Origin: Pseudomonadota bacterium | Lineage (GTDB): Bacteria > Pseudomonadota > Gammaproteobacteria > Burkholderiales > Burkholderiaceae_B | Direction: 5' to 3' | Assembly: GCA_023440825.1 (NCBI GenBank) | Contig: JAEXRL010000030.1 | Span: 167,408-231,407 of the forward strand | DNA length: 64,000 bases | Shown here: positions 9,557-20,128 of the stretch, in pieces | Position numbering within the stretch: the first letter of the stretch is position 1 | Layout of the letters: the number at the start of each line of letters is the position of its first letter | Notes under the pieces: model-generated | What the model saw: the letters and a program-made list of their open reading frames with translations, nothing else | What the model was told of the DNA's origin: nothing | The model's database searches: none | Program-made: the position numbers and the translations under genes

Positions 9557-9828
9557 GCAAGTGCTCTCCGTACTACTGTGGCTATAGCGTCAGGGTTAAT
9601 GCCGTACATCTCTACCTTGCCGTCGGTGGCCTGTTGTACCCGTGCGCTAATTTCGGCTTCAGAACTATCAACAGGCAGGCCTTCCAGTACTTGGTTAATC
9701 ATGTCCAGTGCTTCTGGGGGCTCAAGGAAAAAATCGCCACTTAAACGTACTTGGTGCAAGCGGCCGGCTTGAGTACTGAGGTGTAGCACTAGCAGTTTTC
9801 CGCCAGGCATTTTGTATTCGGCGTGCAT
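9553..9828 (-). CDS. Stand-alone lipoate-protein-ligase C-terminal (accessory) domain protein, LplB-like
   Basis: EYKMPGGKLLVLHLSTQAGRLHQVRLSGDFFLEPPEAL matches the LplA C-terminal domain pattern. Its stop overlaps the start of the catalytic-domain gene by 4 nt (9553-9556). Confidence 0.7.
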   Translation of the reverse strand: MHAEYKMPGGKLLVLHLSTQAGRLHQVRLSGDFFLEPPEALDMINQVLEGLPVDSSEAEISARVQQATDGKVEMYGINPDAIATVVRRALA

Positions 9829-9992
9829 TGTTACTCCCTAGCTGGGTAAAGGTGTTCATTGTCTGTAGCATAATAGGGCAAAATGTAGGGTATGCCCAAA
9901 ACGTGCTGGTTATTTTCTGCCTGTCTAGCTAGAAGTACGTTTACAAAACACCACGTAAAACAGCTATGCCAGCGTTCGCGGTAGGGAACAGC

Positions 9993-10022
9993 TTGTAGCG
10001 CATAAATATTCAGTGCTATACT
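9993..10022 (+). promoter_or_regulatory. Candidate sigma70 promoter for rplS
   Basis: TTGTAG (9993-9998), an 18-nt spacer and TATACT (10017-10022) lie about 80 nt upstream of the rplS ATG. Confidence 0.3.
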
Positions 10023-10101
10023 TTTAGTCTTTAGTAAACCATCCTCTATCTGGCATTAACAGAAAAAATGTTGCGCAGATACGATGCTTTTGGAGTCCAT
10101 C

Positions 10102-10476
10102 ATGGATTTAATCGCTACTCTTGAACAAGAAGAGATCGCTCGTCTTACCGACGGTAAGGCTGTACCTGTATTTGCTCCAGGCGATACAGTAGTTGTAAAC
10201 GTTAACGTAGTTGAAGGTACACGTAAGCGTGTACAGGCCTATGAAGGCGTTGTGATTGCGCGCCGCAATCGTGGTCTGAATTCTTCTTTTATCGTACGTA
10301 AAATCTCTTCCGGTGAATCCGTAGAGCGTACGTTTCAGTTGTATTCCCCCCAGATTGCCAGCATTGAAGTGAAACGCCGTGGTGCTGTTCGCCGTGCTAA
10401 ACTGTACTATCTGCGTGAACGCTCGGGTAAAGCCGCTCGCATCAAAGAAAAATTGGTTCGTCGTTCCGGCAATTAA
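10102..10476 (+). CDS. rplS: 50S ribosomal protein L19
   Basis: [12 protein letters not shown]...[50 protein letters not shown] is canonical L19. The ORF track starts at 10084; ATG 10102 fits the family N-terminus. Confidence 0.95.
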   Translation: MDLIATLEQEEIARLTDGKAVPVFAPGDTVVVNVNVVEGTRKRVQAYEGVVIARRNRGLNSSFIVRKISSGESVERTFQLYSPQIASIEVKRRGAVRRAKLYYLRERSGKAARIKEKLVRRSGN

Positions 10477-10500
10477 TTATTGCTCGCGAACGTCGGCACA

Positions 10501-10532
10501 CAAAGGCACCCCAGGCGGGTGCCTTTGTTTTT
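10501..10532 (+). terminator. Rho-independent terminator after rplS
   Basis: CAAAGGCACCC-loop-GGGTGCCTTTG is followed by TTTTT. Confidence 0.75.
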
Positions 10533-11342
10533 ATGGAATCCATGACAGGACAAACAATAAATCAAGCGCGTAAAAGTCTGAGTGTGGCGGGCTTTGATCC
10601 CAGTCAAGCACCTTTGATTTCGCTGCCGCCATTGCCGGCCTTGCCTCTACAAGCTTTGCAAACGCAGTTTTTACAGCAGGCTTTTAGTCAGCCTGTGGCA
10701 TGGCATGTAGACGCTATTTTTAAAGACGATTTTTACCCTGAGTTCTTACCGGGCTCTTCAAATGTGCGCTCTGCTGTGTGCATCGCCTTTACGCCACCTG
10801 CTGATACACCGGGCGTTCTTTTTACCCGACGGGCCATACATCTGCACAACCACGCTGGGCAAATTAGTTTTCCTGGCGGACGCATTGAGCGCAGCGATGC
10901 CTCAGCAATTGCCGCCGCCTTGCGAGAAACTCAAGAGGAAGTCGGAATTGCACCTGAGTACATGCAGTATTTAGGGCAGCATCCTATCTTTGTGACCAGC
11001 ACTCGCTTTGCCATGCGTCCCGTATTGGTGCAATTACAGGCAGGCTTTCAGTTGCAGGCAGACACGTCTGAGGTGGCTGAAATTTTCGAGGTGCCTTTAC
11101 AGGTGCTCATGGACCCGCAACAGCATCAATTGCACCAGCTTGTACTGCCCGATGGCAGTAGTAGACTGTACTTTGCCATCTCTTGGGGGCCATATTTTAT
11201 CTGGGGTGCTACGGCGGTGTTAATACGTAATGTGTACCATTACTTGGCAGCCGCCTGGAGGCACTTGGCTGCGCCTGATTTTCAGACGCAGGGTAACGAT
11301 ATGCTGGCACTTAATAATGTGTTTTCTGCTCGTGCTCGCTAA
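10533..11342 (+). CDS. Nudix hydrolase, CoA pyrophosphatase-like
   Basis: The Nudix box GQISFPGGRIERSDASAIAAALRETQEEVGI is present and the context resembles NudL-type enzymes. The start is uncertain (10533 or 10542). Confidence 0.75.
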   Translation: MESMTGQTINQARKSLSVAGFDPSQAPLISLPPLPALPLQALQTQFLQQAFSQPVAWHVDAIFKDDFYPEFLPGSSNVRSAVCIAFTPPADTPGVLFTRRAIHLHNHAGQISFPGGRIERSDASAIAAALRETQEEVGIAPEYMQYLGQHPIFVTSTRFAMRPVLVQLQAGFQLQADTSEVAEIFEVPLQVLMDPQQHQLHQLVLPDGSSRLYFAISWGPYFIWGATAVLIRNVYHYLAAAWRHLAAPDFQTQGNDMLALNNVFSARAR

Positions 11343-12210
11343 GCAGGCGTTCATATAGGCTAAAGCGCTGTGCATCAATAGCGCCAGTTTGTAAGGCGTG
11401 TTGAACGCCACAGCCGGGCTCATGTCGGTGTGTGCAATTATAAAAACGACAGCTTTTTATTGGCTCATGAAACTCAGGAAAGCCGCGTATGATGTCCTCC
11501 AGTTCAAGGTGGCTCAGTCCAAAAGCTTGAAATCCAGGGGAGTCAATCAAGGTGCCATCCTGACTTGGCAAGTGGTAAAGACGGGTGCTGGTGGTAGTGT
11601 GGCGTCCTGCTCGTAGAGCTTGAGAGTATTCCTGGGTATGGGCTTGCGCTTCTGGTACGAGCGCATTGAGCAAGGTGGACTTCCCCATACCGCTTTGCCC
11701 AAGCAGCAAAGTCGTGTTGCCGGCCAACTTGGGTTGCAATAGGCTAACACTGTGCGCAATATCCAGCGCACTGAGTTCCAAAATGTCTACGTTCAGCTTC
11801 ACAAAGGGCTGGAGCTTTTGTCGGGCACGTTCTAAGTGTGCAGTCAGGTCAATTTTATTGAGCACAATAAAGGGGCGTATGTCGCTGGCCCATGCAGCGG
11901 TTAAGGCGCGACCAAGCAAATCGTCAGAGAACTCGGGCTCAGGCGCGACGACGATGAGTAATTGGTCGATATTGGCCGCAAATTGCTTGCTACGGAAATC
12001 GTCAGACCGAAAAAGCAGATTGCGACGAGGTTCAATTTTTTCTATAGACCCTTCGTCCTGACCTTGTGCTTGCACCGTTACTCGGTCTCCTACGGCGACG
12101 TCACTGCGCTTGCCACGGGGAAAGCACTTGATAGTGCGTCCATCTTCAAGCTCGACAAAGCAGTGGCGGCCGTGCGTCGCGATAACTCGGCCTTGTAATA
12201 AGGTCTTCAT
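11311..12210 (-). CDS. rsgA: Ribosome small-subunit-dependent GTPase A
   Basis: It has an OB-fold N-terminus, circularly permuted GTPase motifs (LNKIDL, GQSGMGKSTLLNAL, DSPGF) and a C-terminal zinc motif (CRFYNCTHRHEPGC). Confidence 0.92.
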   Translation of the reverse strand: MKTLLQGRVIATHGRHCFVELEDGRTIKCFPRGKRSDVAVGDRVTVQAQGQDEGSIEKIEPRRNLLFRSDDFRSKQFAANIDQLLIVVAPEPEFSDDLLGRALTAAWASDIRPFIVLNKIDLTAHLERARQKLQPFVKLNVDILELSALDIAHSVSLLQPKLAGNTTLLLGQSGMGKSTLLNALVPEAQAHTQEYSQALRAGRHTTTSTRLYHLPSQDGTLIDSPGFQAFGLSHLELEDIIRGFPEFHEPIKSCRFYNCTHRHEPGCGVQHALQTGAIDAQRFSLYERLLSEHEQKTHY

Positions 12211-13454
12211 AGTAGATTCCGAATAAATTGCATGCGGTTTACAGCGCTGGGATGACTGTCATAGTAGGCAGAGTGCACGGGGTCGGGGGTAAGTGTAGCG
12301 GCATTATCGTTATACAGTTTGACCAGAGCAGAGCAGAGCTCTTCGCCCGAGCTGTACTGCACGGCAAAGGCATCGGCTTGATACTCGGCGCGACGCGATA
12401 AGTAGCTACTAAGAGGCGTTAGCCAGAAAGTAAACGTGGGTACGACTAAAAAGAATAGGATCAGGGCCAGTGCATCGTTGGGGCGGCCCAGTTGAGGGAT
12501 CACGCCCAAGCTGGTGTAAAACTCAATATGCTGAGCAGCCCAGCCCAATACCCCAAAAAGCACTAAAGAGTAGAGCAAGCTAAAAATCAGACGCATCAGG
12601 ATATGCTTGTGTTTGAAATGGCCGAGCTCATGCGCCAGTACGGCTTCAATTTCGCTGTTTTGCAGTTTGGAAAGTAAGGTGTCAAAAAATACAATACGTT
12701 TACTGCGGCCAAAGCCGGTAAAGTAGGCATTGCCATGGGCCGAGCGCTTAGAGCCGTCCATGACAAACAAATCGCGGGTATCAAACCCACAGCGTTGCGA
12801 TAGGGCTGTGATGCGTTCCCGTAAGCTGTCGTCTTGCAAGGGCTCAAATTTATTGAAAATAGGAGCAATAACACTGGGAAACAGCCAAAGCACTAGTAAA
12901 TTGAACAGTGCCCAGCATAGCCACGCATACACAGGCCATTGATTACCTAGGCTCCCCATAGCCCAAAGAATAAAGGCGCAAATAGGTGTTCCCAGTGCCA
13001 TACTGATAAGAATTATTTTTAACAAGTCCGTTAAAAAAAGTTTGAGCGTCATCCGGTTAAAGCCAAAACGTGCTTCTAGGACAAATTTTCTATATAGGCT
13101 AAAAGGCAGGCCGGCCAGTCCCATGATTGCCAAGACAGCGCCTATCAGGCTAAGCTGGCGCCACATTTCGTTCTCTATTAGGCGGCTGAGTTGAAAATCC
13201 AGCAGTTGCAGGCCACCTGTCAGTGTTAGTAGTAGCAGCAGCACGGTTTCTGCTGCACGCTCACAGATGCCCAAGCGAGTACGCGCGATCGTGTAGCGAG
13301 CCGCACGTTGGTGGCTGGCAAGAGTGATGCGATGCGCGAACTCTTCTGGGACCTGATCTTTGTGTTGGTATACATATCGAGTCTGGCGCCAGGCGAGCCA
13401 GCAGCGTAAGCTAATATCAGTCAGCAAAAAAAGTAGGAACAAGAATGTCAGCAT
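12207..13454 (-). CDS. M48-family (Ste24/HtpX-like) integral-membrane zinc metallopeptidase
   Basis: The HELGHFKH zinc motif and multiple TM segments are present. The stop overlaps the rsgA ATG (ATGA). The ORF track begins at TTG 13481; ATG 13454 (MLTFLF...) is more likely. Confidence 0.85.
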   Translation of the reverse strand: MLTFLFLLFLLTDISLRCWLAWRQTRYVYQHKDQVPEEFAHRITLASHQRAARYTIARTRLGICERAAETVLLLLLTLTGGLQLLDFQLSRLIENEMWRQLSLIGAVLAIMGLAGLPFSLYRKFVLEARFGFNRMTLKLFLTDLLKIILISMALGTPICAFILWAMGSLGNQWPVYAWLCWALFNLLVLWLFPSVIAPIFNKFEPLQDDSLRERITALSQRCGFDTRDLFVMDGSKRSAHGNAYFTGFGRSKRIVFFDTLLSKLQNSEIEAVLAHELGHFKHKHILMRLIFSLLYSLVLFGVLGWAAQHIEFYTSLGVIPQLGRPNDALALILFFLVVPTFTFWLTPLSSYLSRRAEYQADAFAVQYSSGEELCSALVKLYNDNAATLTPDPVHSAYYDSHPSAVNRMQFIRNLL

Positions 13455-13500
13455 GTCATCCTGGGCATGTGTAAAAATCAATGTTTTAAGGAATAATTAT

Positions 13501-14046
13501 ATGGCGGTTCATACCCAACGTCTGGTTTGGCTTGATATGGAAATGACGGGGCTGGATCCGGACAAGGAACGTATTATCGAAGTGGCGGTTGTAGTGACCG
13601 AGGCCGACCTTAGCTTTGTTGCCGAGGGGCCGGTATTAGTTATACACCAAAGTGACAAGCTACTGGACAGCATGGACGCTTGGAACAAGGGCACACATGG
13701 TCGCAGTGGCTTGATCGACAAGGTCAAGGCCTCTAGTTTGAGCGAAGCCCAGGCTGAAGATATCTTGCTGGAATTTTTGAAAGAACATCTGCCGGCTGGA
13801 AAATCGCCTTTATGCGGTAATACTATCAGTCAGGACAGGCGTTTTATGTATCGTTATATGCCACGCTTGGAGGCTTTTTTCCATTATCGCAATCTAGACG
13901 TTAGTACACTGAAAGAGCTGGCCTTACGCTGGAAGCCAGAAGTGGTGAAAAGCTTTGTGAAGCATAGCAAGCATGAAGCCTTGGCTGATATTTATGAGTC
14001 TATTGACGAGCTCAAGCACTACCGCGAGCACTTTATTCAGGTTTAA
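13501..14046 (+). CDS. orn: Oligoribonuclease
   Basis: [22 protein letters not shown] (DEDDh exonuclease motif I) and a C-terminal [15 protein letters not shown] are present. The ORF-track extension back to 13360 overlaps the divergent peptidase gene and is not credible. Confidence 0.92.
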   Translation: MAVHTQRLVWLDMEMTGLDPDKERIIEVAVVVTEADLSFVAEGPVLVIHQSDKLLDSMDAWNKGTHGRSGLIDKVKASSLSEAQAEDILLEFLKEHLPAGKSPLCGNTISQDRRFMYRYMPRLEAFFHYRNLDVSTLKELALRWKPEVVKSFVKHSKHEALADIYESIDELKHYREHFIQV

Positions 14047-14135
14047 GGCCCGATCTGGGAGTCTGTTGTATCCAGGGTGTGACGCGTGGTGTAGTAAACC
14101 GTCCTGATTTAACATTTCAAAGCGCGAGTGGCAGC

Positions 14136-14558
14136 ATGTTTGAAGCATTACCGACAGGGATCGCCGGCATTGGTACCGATTTGATTCGTATTGAGCGTAT
14201 CGAAAAAGCCTTGCAACGACATGGCGAACGCTTTGTGCAACGTATCTTGGGCGAGCAAGAGCAAGAAGTATATCGGCGGCGTAGTGCGCGCGACCCGAAT
14301 CGGGGAGTGCGTTACGTTGCGATGCGTTTTGCTGCCAAAGAGGCATTTTCTAAAGCCATTGGCCTAGGCATGCGTATGCCTATGGCTTGGTCACGCATGC
14401 AAACCCTTAATGCTCCGGGTGGTCGCCCTATCGTGGTGCTATCTGGCGAGCTCAAAGAGTGGTATGAGGCACGCTACGGCGAAGCATTCGTATCCTTGAC
14501 TGATGAAAGCGATATGGCCATGGCCTTTGTGCTGGTGCAGAATCGTCCCACTTCTTAA
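14136..14558 (+). CDS. acpS: Holo-[acyl-carrier-protein] synthase
   Basis: [27 protein letters not shown] and a roughly 140-aa length are present. Start taken at ATG 14136. Confidence 0.85.
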   Translation: MFEALPTGIAGIGTDLIRIERIEKALQRHGERFVQRILGEQEQEVYRRRSARDPNRGVRYVAMRFAAKEAFSKAIGLGMRMPMAWSRMQTLNAPGGRPIVVLSGELKEWYEARYGEAFVSLTDESDMAMAFVLVQNRPTS

Positions 14559-14584
14559 TACTGCTTTTATTTAATGAGAACCAC

Positions 14585-15640
14585 ATGATAGAAAACACGA
14601 CGTCAGCTACCTTGTCGCCAGGGCCGGTGATTGTGGATATCCAAGGCTATAGCCTAAGCGACGCGGAGCGTGAGCGTTTGTTACACCCCTTAACGGGCGG
14701 TTTGATTTTATTCGCCCGCAACTTTGAGAGCCGTCAACAACTGACCGAACTTTGTGCACAAGTACGTGCTTTACGACCTGGGCTCCTTATTTGCGTGGAT
14801 CATGAGGGCGGACGAGTACAGCGTTTTCGCACCGATGGGTTCACGCCTTTGCCAGCCATGCGTAAACTGGGTGAGCTGTGGGAGCTTGATGCTCAAAAAG
14901 CCGTACAAGTGGCAGCGGAAACGGGCTATGTGCTGGCAGCCGAGTTACGTGCCTGCGGGGTGGATTTAAGTTTCACGCCTGTGCTGGACCTGGACTATGG
15001 CGTCAGCGAAGTGATTGGTGATCGTTCCTTTCATACGCAGCCCAGGGCCGTAGCGCAATTGGCAGAAGGCTTGATTCGTGGTTTGCAAAAAGCCGGTATG
15101 GCTGCGTGTGGCAAGCACTTTCCCGGGCATGGTGCGGTAGTGGCTGATTCGCATCATGAGATTCCGATTGATGAGCGCGACTTAAGCACCATCGTGGATG
15201 CAGATGCAGCACCCTATGGCTGGCTGGGCACCGTGCTGCTGCCTTCGGTGATGCCGGCACACGTGATTTATCCGCAAGTTGATGATAAGCCTGCTGGTTT
15301 TTCAACATTCTGGTTGCAACGCGTTTTGCGTAAAGCCTTGGCATATGATGGCCTTATCTTTTCTGACGATTTGACGATGGAAGGTGCTTCGGTGGCTGGC
15401 GATATTTTGCAGCGCGCCCAGGCCGCCTTGCAGGCGGGTTGTGACATGGTCTTGGTCTGTAACCGTCCTGATTTGGCTGATCAGTTGCTAGCTAGCTTGC
15501 AGTATGAGCAGCCCGCGCAGTTTGCCGAGCGATTCTATCGTCTGTTACCCGAGCAGCCCGCTATGGACTGGGATTCCTTACAAAATGACGAGCACTATCA
15601 GTATGCCCGAGGACTTCAATCTCAAATCATTTCTCGCTGA
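14585..15640 (+). CDS. nagZ: Beta-N-acetylhexosaminidase (peptidoglycan recycling)
   Basis: GH3 motifs are present: [18 protein letters not shown] and SDDLTMEGA. Confidence 0.9.
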   Translation: MIENTTSATLSPGPVIVDIQGYSLSDAERERLLHPLTGGLILFARNFESRQQLTELCAQVRALRPGLLICVDHEGGRVQRFRTDGFTPLPAMRKLGELWELDAQKAVQVAAETGYVLAAELRACGVDLSFTPVLDLDYGVSEVIGDRSFHTQPRAVAQLAEGLIRGLQKAGMAACGKHFPGHGAVVADSHHEIPIDERDLSTIVDADAAPYGWLGTVLLPSVMPAHVIYPQVDDKPAGFSTFWLQRVLRKALAYDGLIFSDDLTMEGASVAGDILQRAQAALQAGCDMVLVCNRPDLADQLLASLQYEQPAQFAERFYRLLPEQPAMDWDSLQNDEHYQYARGLQSQIISR

Positions 15641-17426
15641 GTTACCGTCTTTACCTGGGGTATACCGTCATCTGGATGAACAGGGGACGGTGCTGTATGT
15701 GGGTAAAGCACGTGATTTAAAGCGTAGGGTCAGTTCGTATTTTCAAAAAAATCTAAGCAGTCCGCGTATTGCTTTGATGGTAGCGAAAGTGGCGAAAATA
15801 GAAGTCACCGTGACGCGTAGCGAAGCGGAAGCCTTGTTGTTGGAAAACAACCTGATTAAACGCTTAAAGCCACGCTACAACATTTTATTTCGTGACGATA
15901 AATCCTACCCCTATCTGAAAATCAGCGCGCACGAGGCTCCAAGAATTGCCTATTACCGGGGCAGCACTAGCGGCCCCGGGAGCTTTTTCGGGCCTTATCC
16001 GAACGCCTGGGCAGTACGCGAAACCATACAGATATTGCAACGGGTTTTTTTACTGCGCACCTGTGAAGATAGCGTGTATGCCAATCGCAGTCGCCCTTGT
16101 TTGCTGCATCAAATAGGGCGCTGTTCGGCGCCCTGTGTGCAGGCCATAGAACCTGCGGCCTATCACGCTGATGTGCAGCGCGCCATCCGTTTTCTAGAAG
16201 GGCACACTAGCGAAATCCTGGATGATTTGCAGGCTCGTATGATGCAGGCGTCCGAAGAGCTGGCCTTTGAGCAGGCAGCGGCCTTGCGTGATCAGATGAA
16301 AGCCTTATCGGCTGTACTGCAACAGCAAAGCATGGAGCAAACAGGTAGCGATGATGTAGACATTATTGCTTTAAGTCATGCGGGGGGGCGCTACTGCATT
16401 AATCTGGCCATGGTTAGGGGAGGACGACATTTGGGCGATAGGGCTTTTTTCCCCACCCAAGCACAGGGTGACGAAGGCCCCGATGTGCTGGCGGCCTTTG
16501 TGGCGCAGCACTATGTCGAACGTCCTTTACCTGCTGTACTCATTTGTAGTCAGGCCTTGCCCGACCCCAGCTTGCTCAAACTGCTGGCCGAGCAACGTGG
16601 TACTAAAACTCGCGCCTTGGTGCGACCACAGGGCATGCGTAAAGTCTGGCTGGAGCAAGCTCAGCGTAATGCCGACTTAGCCCTAGCACGTATGCTGAGC
16701 GAGTCGAGCGCCCGCGCTGATCGTACTCAGGCGCTGGCCGATGTGCTGCAACTGGAGCTGGACGAGCAGGCATTAAGCGCCTTACACATTGAGTGCTTTG
16801 ATATTAGCCATACGGCGGGCGAAGCGACCCAGGCGGCTTGTGTGGTGTATAAAAATCATGCCATGCAAAATACCTTATACCGGCGCTATAACATTAGTGG
16901 CATTACGCCAGGTGATGATTACGCCGCGATGCGTCAGGTACTAAATCGTCGCTACACCCGGGTGGCAGAGGGCTTAAGCGAGATGCCGGATCTGGTGCTC
17001 ATTGATGGCGGCAAAGGGCAGGTCGAGGTGGCACGTCAAGTCTTTGTGGAACTGGGTTTGGATGTGCATACGCTGCTTGGGGTTGCAAAAGGAGATCAGC
17101 GTAAAGTGGGGCTGGAAACCTTGATCTTTGCTGATGGCAGGCCCTCACAGGCCTTGGGCATAGAGTCGGCAGCGCTGATGCTGATTGCTCAAATTCGCGA
17201 TGAGGCACATCGTTTTGCGATTACCGGCATGCGCGCTCAGCGTGCTAAAACAAGGAATGTGTCGCGTCTGGAAGACATTGCAGGCGTGGGCGTAAAGCGT
17301 AGACAAAGGCTATTAGCCCGTTTTGGAGGCTTCAGCGGAATTGCCGATGCCAGCATTGATGATTTGAGCACCGTAGAGGGTATCTCTCAAGAATTAGCAG
17401 AGCGTATATATTTTGCGTTACGCTAG
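15603..17426 (+). CDS. uvrC: Excinuclease ABC subunit C
   Basis: It has a GIY-YIG N-terminus ([34 protein letters not shown]), a UVR domain and a C-terminal (HhH)2. [11 protein letters not shown] aligns with the start of E. coli UvrC, so the start is set at 15603 (alternative 15585). It overlaps the nagZ 3' end. Confidence 0.92.
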   Translation: MPEDFNLKSFLAELPSLPGVYRHLDEQGTVLYVGKARDLKRRVSSYFQKNLSSPRIALMVAKVAKIEVTVTRSEAEALLLENNLIKRLKPRYNILFRDDKSYPYLKISAHEAPRIAYYRGSTSGPGSFFGPYPNAWAVRETIQILQRVFLLRTCEDSVYANRSRPCLLHQIGRCSAPCVQAIEPAAYHADVQRAIRFLEGHTSEILDDLQARMMQASEELAFEQAAALRDQMKALSAVLQQQSMEQTGSDDVDIIALSHAGGRYCINLAMVRGGRHLGDRAFFPTQAQGDEGPDVLAAFVAQHYVERPLPAVLICSQALPDPSLLKLLAEQRGTKTRALVRPQGMRKVWLEQAQRNADLALARMLSESSARADRTQALADVLQLELDEQALSALHIECFDISHTAGEATQAACVVYKNHAMQNTLYRRYNISGITPGDDYAAMRQVLNRRYTRVAEGLSEMPDLVLIDGGKGQVEVARQVFVELGLDVHTLLGVAKGDQRKVGLETLIFADGRPSQALGIESAALMLIAQIRDEAHRFAITGMRAQRAKTRNVSRLEDIAGVGVKRRQRLLARFGGFSGIADASIDDLSTVEGISQELAERIYFALR

Positions 17427-17455
17427 GCGTTTAGTTGCTTGTTTTTTAGGTTAGT

Positions 17456-18034
17456 ATGTCGCTTATGCCTTTTAATCTACCCATCGCCCTGACATGGCTA
17501 CGTATAGTCATGATCCCTTTAATAGTGGTGCTGTACTATGTGCCTGAAACGTGGTTAACGCCTCTAGAGCGAGACTCGTGGGCAGCAGGGGTTTTCATCG
17601 TGGCAGCACTGACCGATTGGTTTGATGGCTGGTTGGCACGTCGCTGGAATCAAACCTCCTCTTTTGGCGCATTTCTTGACCCTGTGGCCGACAAACTAAT
17701 GGTTGGCGCTGCCTTATTGGTGTTGCTGGATTTAAATCGCGTAGACACCTTTATAGCCTTCGTCATTATTGGCCGCGAAATCACCATTTCAGCCTTGCGG
17801 GAATGGATGGCGAAAATCGGAGCCAGTGCTAGCGTAGCAGTACATAGGCTAGGTAAATTCAAAACGGCAGCACAAATGGTTGCTATCCCTTGCTTGTTGT
17901 ACTGGCATAGCTGGAACGGGGTGCCAGTGCGTTTAATTGGGCAAATTCTGATTGTGGTGGCAGCGATCTTGACTGTCTGGTCCATGTGCTACTACTTACA
18001 AAAAGCATGGCCAGAAATTAAAAAGAAACAGTAA
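17456..18034 (+). CDS. pgsA: CDP-diacylglycerol--glycerol-3-phosphate 3-phosphatidyltransferase
   Basis: The CDP-alcohol phosphatidyltransferase motif DWFDGWLARRWNQTSSFGAFLDPVADK is present. It is 192 aa and polytopic. Confidence 0.92.
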   Translation: MSLMPFNLPIALTWLRIVMIPLIVVLYYVPETWLTPLERDSWAAGVFIVAALTDWFDGWLARRWNQTSSFGAFLDPVADKLMVGAALLVLLDLNRVDTFIAFVIIGREITISALREWMAKIGASASVAVHRLGKFKTAAQMVAIPCLLYWHSWNGVPVRLIGQILIVVAAILTVWSMCYYLQKAWPEIKKKQ

Positions 18035-18044
18035 TAGGTAGACA

Positions 18045-19316
18045 ATGCTAGAAACTTCTATGGAATATCGATCAGGGGGCAATGAGCGGCAAAAAGATTG
18101 GCGCATAATTTTGGTAGTAGGTATTGCCCATGCCAGTTCGCATTTTTTTCAGTTATTGCTGCCCACCTTGTACGTGGCGCTTAACCGTGAATTTGGCTAC
18201 GACTTTGTCGCTCTGGGTGCCTTGGTGACGATATTTTATGTGGTTTCTTGTGTTGGTCAGGCGTCTTCAGGTTTTTTGGTCGATCGCATTGGTGCGGTGC
18301 CGGTTTTAAAATTTGGCCTGGGTTGCTTTATTTTGGCCGCCTTGCTGATTGCAACGGCTAATTCATACTGGGTGTTAGTGTTGGCTGCCTTAATAGGTGG
18401 GGTAGGGAATGCTATTTTTCATCCGGTGGACTATTACATACTCAATCATCGGGTCAGTCCCCCGCGCTTAGGGCACGCGTTTAGTGCACATGGTTTTACC
18501 GGTTATCTGGGCTGGGCGCTAACGCCTGTTTTCATCACCGGGCTAAGCAGTTTATTTGGCTGGCGTATTGCTGTGCTGGGTGCTGCGGCACTGATTGCAG
18601 CAATCCTGACGCTGGTGTGGTTAAATTCCGTGTATTTGCGCGGACCCTCACACCTTGAAACCAGCAGCAATACAGAAAAAAATCTAGCCTCCGGGTCTGT
18701 GTTGGATACCTTGCGGGTGTTGCTGAATCAATCCACGCTGTGGGGAGCCTTTCTCTTTTTTGCGTTTTCCACCGCAGCGGTGGCCGTGGTGCAAAACTAC
18801 ACCATTCCCATGCTCAGCCATACCTATGGCATAGAGGAGCTTAGGGCGGGCACAGCCTTGTCCTCGTACATGCTTACCGCGGCAGCAGGAATGATTCTGG
18901 GTGGATTTGTGGCGGCTCATAATGCCAGGGCTGAGCTTGTTGTTTTTGCCTCCCTGATATTGGCCGGCCTTATTCTGGCTATATTGGGTACAGGCTGGTT
19001 GTCGCCCGCGTTGGCCTTAGTAATGGTAGCTGCTGCCGGCTTATGTTCGGGAGTTTCCGCTCCTTCGCGCGATATGCTCATTCGTCGTGCTACCCCAAAG
19101 GGCGCTACTGGTACTGTGTATGGCCTCGTGTACTCTGGCATGGATGTAGGTTCATCTATGTCACCCTTACTATTTGGCCTGTTTATTGACGCCGGATTGC
19201 GTCAGGTTCCTTGGTATGGTGCAGGCTTGGCATACTGGGTAGCAGCCGGTTTGGCTTTGTATGTGGCGATAGTATTAAGCCGGCGCACAGCCGCCCAGGC
19301 TGCTGCCGCTGAATAA
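18045..19316 (+). CDS. MFS-family transporter
   Basis: It has about 12 predicted TM segments and an MFS-like loop motif (GFLVDRIG). The substrate is unknown. Confidence 0.7.
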   Translation: MLETSMEYRSGGNERQKDWRIILVVGIAHASSHFFQLLLPTLYVALNREFGYDFVALGALVTIFYVVSCVGQASSGFLVDRIGAVPVLKFGLGCFILAALLIATANSYWVLVLAALIGGVGNAIFHPVDYYILNHRVSPPRLGHAFSAHGFTGYLGWALTPVFITGLSSLFGWRIAVLGAAALIAAILTLVWLNSVYLRGPSHLETSSNTEKNLASGSVLDTLRVLLNQSTLWGAFLFFAFSTAAVAVVQNYTIPMLSHTYGIEELRAGTALSSYMLTAAAGMILGGFVAAHNARAELVVFASLILAGLILAILGTGWLSPALALVMVAAAGLCSGVSAPSRDMLIRRATPKGATGTVYGLVYSGMDVGSSMSPLLFGLFIDAGLRQVPWYGAGLAYWVAAGLALYVAIVLSRRTAAQAAAAE

Positions 19317-19564
19317 TGATATAGCAGTACTACGGCATAGATCAGGGCTAGTCTTGGAGTAACGCCGCGGACGCGTTAACATAGGGCAGCTTAGTGGTCT
19401 GTGCTTAGGTGGGTTCCTCATGGGCAGTCCATGACACAGCCGGCAGTATGATGTGTCTGTAGGTCAGGTATATCTGTTGTAAAAGCGATTATCCTTATGC
19501 CAAATAGCGATCCTGCCGGGTGTGCGGGATGCTCTGGCGCGTCATCTATTTCAAGGAGAAAGAC

Positions 19565-19990
19565 ATGAGCGGCTTGGATAAGCTCAAGCGGGCTGGTTTG
19601 AAGGCAACGCTGCCTCGCTTGCGGGTGTTAACTCTGTTTCAAGAAAGCGAGCGCAGGCACATGGGTGCCGAAGAAGTGTATCGTGAGCTCATCGCCAAAG
19701 ACATTGATATAGGCTTGGCGACTGTCTATCGCGTCTTGACTCAGCTCGAAGAGGCTGGTTTGTTGAAACAGGCTCACTTACAGTCGGGCAGGGCATTTTA
19801 CGAGCTCGACGATGGGCATCACCATGATCACCTAGTGTGTCTGGATTGCGGTCATATACGTGAATTCTTTAACGATGATGTGGAACAGCGTAAAGAGCAG
19901 ATTGCCGAGTCTTTAGGCTTTGAGCTGTCTGACCACACTATGGTGTTATACGGCTCCTGTAGCCAGGTAGACTGCGAAGCGCGTAGTTAA
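19565..19990 (+). CDS. fur: Ferric uptake regulator
   Basis: LKRAGLKATLPRLRVL, GLATVYRVLTQLEEAGL (wHTH), HHHDHLVCLDCG and a 141-aa length from ATG 19565 are present. Confidence 0.92.
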   Translation: MSGLDKLKRAGLKATLPRLRVLTLFQESERRHMGAEEVYRELIAKDIDIGLATVYRVLTQLEEAGLLKQAHLQSGRAFYELDDGHHHDHLVCLDCGHIREFFNDDVEQRKEQIAESLGFELSDHTMVLYGSCSQVDCEARS

Positions 19991-20070
19991 TACTATCGCA
20001 GTGCTTAGGTGGCAAACAGGCTACGCTGTTTCGTCGCACTAAGACCTACCGGAATGCTCATGGCGCATAG

Positions 20071-20124
20071 CCTGAATCTATAGCTTTTATCTGCACAGAA
20101 TAAGCTATAGGTTCAGGTTTTTTT
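20071..20124 (+). terminator. Rho-independent terminator after fur
   Basis: A 16-bp stem forms between CCTGAATCTATAGCTT (20071-20086) and AAGCTATAGGTTCAGG (20102-20117) with one mismatch, followed by TTTTTTT. Confidence 0.8.
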
Positions 20125-20128
20125 ATGC

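Noticed and set aside
13360-13500. 5' extensions proposed by the ORF track for orn (13360), uvrC (15504), fabI (59280), yhdP (55700), glnE (to 55723), rplS (10084), acpS (14079) and fur (19520)
   Set aside because: The extensions overlap neighbouring genes or add residues not found in the respective families. Internal ATGs with better N-terminal alignment and/or an SD were chosen instead.
19317-19564. Search for tRNA genes or other structured RNAs downstream of pgsA/MFS, and elsewhere in intergenic regions
   Set aside because: By eye I saw no T-loop (GGTTCGAATC-like) or cloverleaf-compatible segments. No tRNA, rRNA or riboswitch could be supported anywhere in the window.
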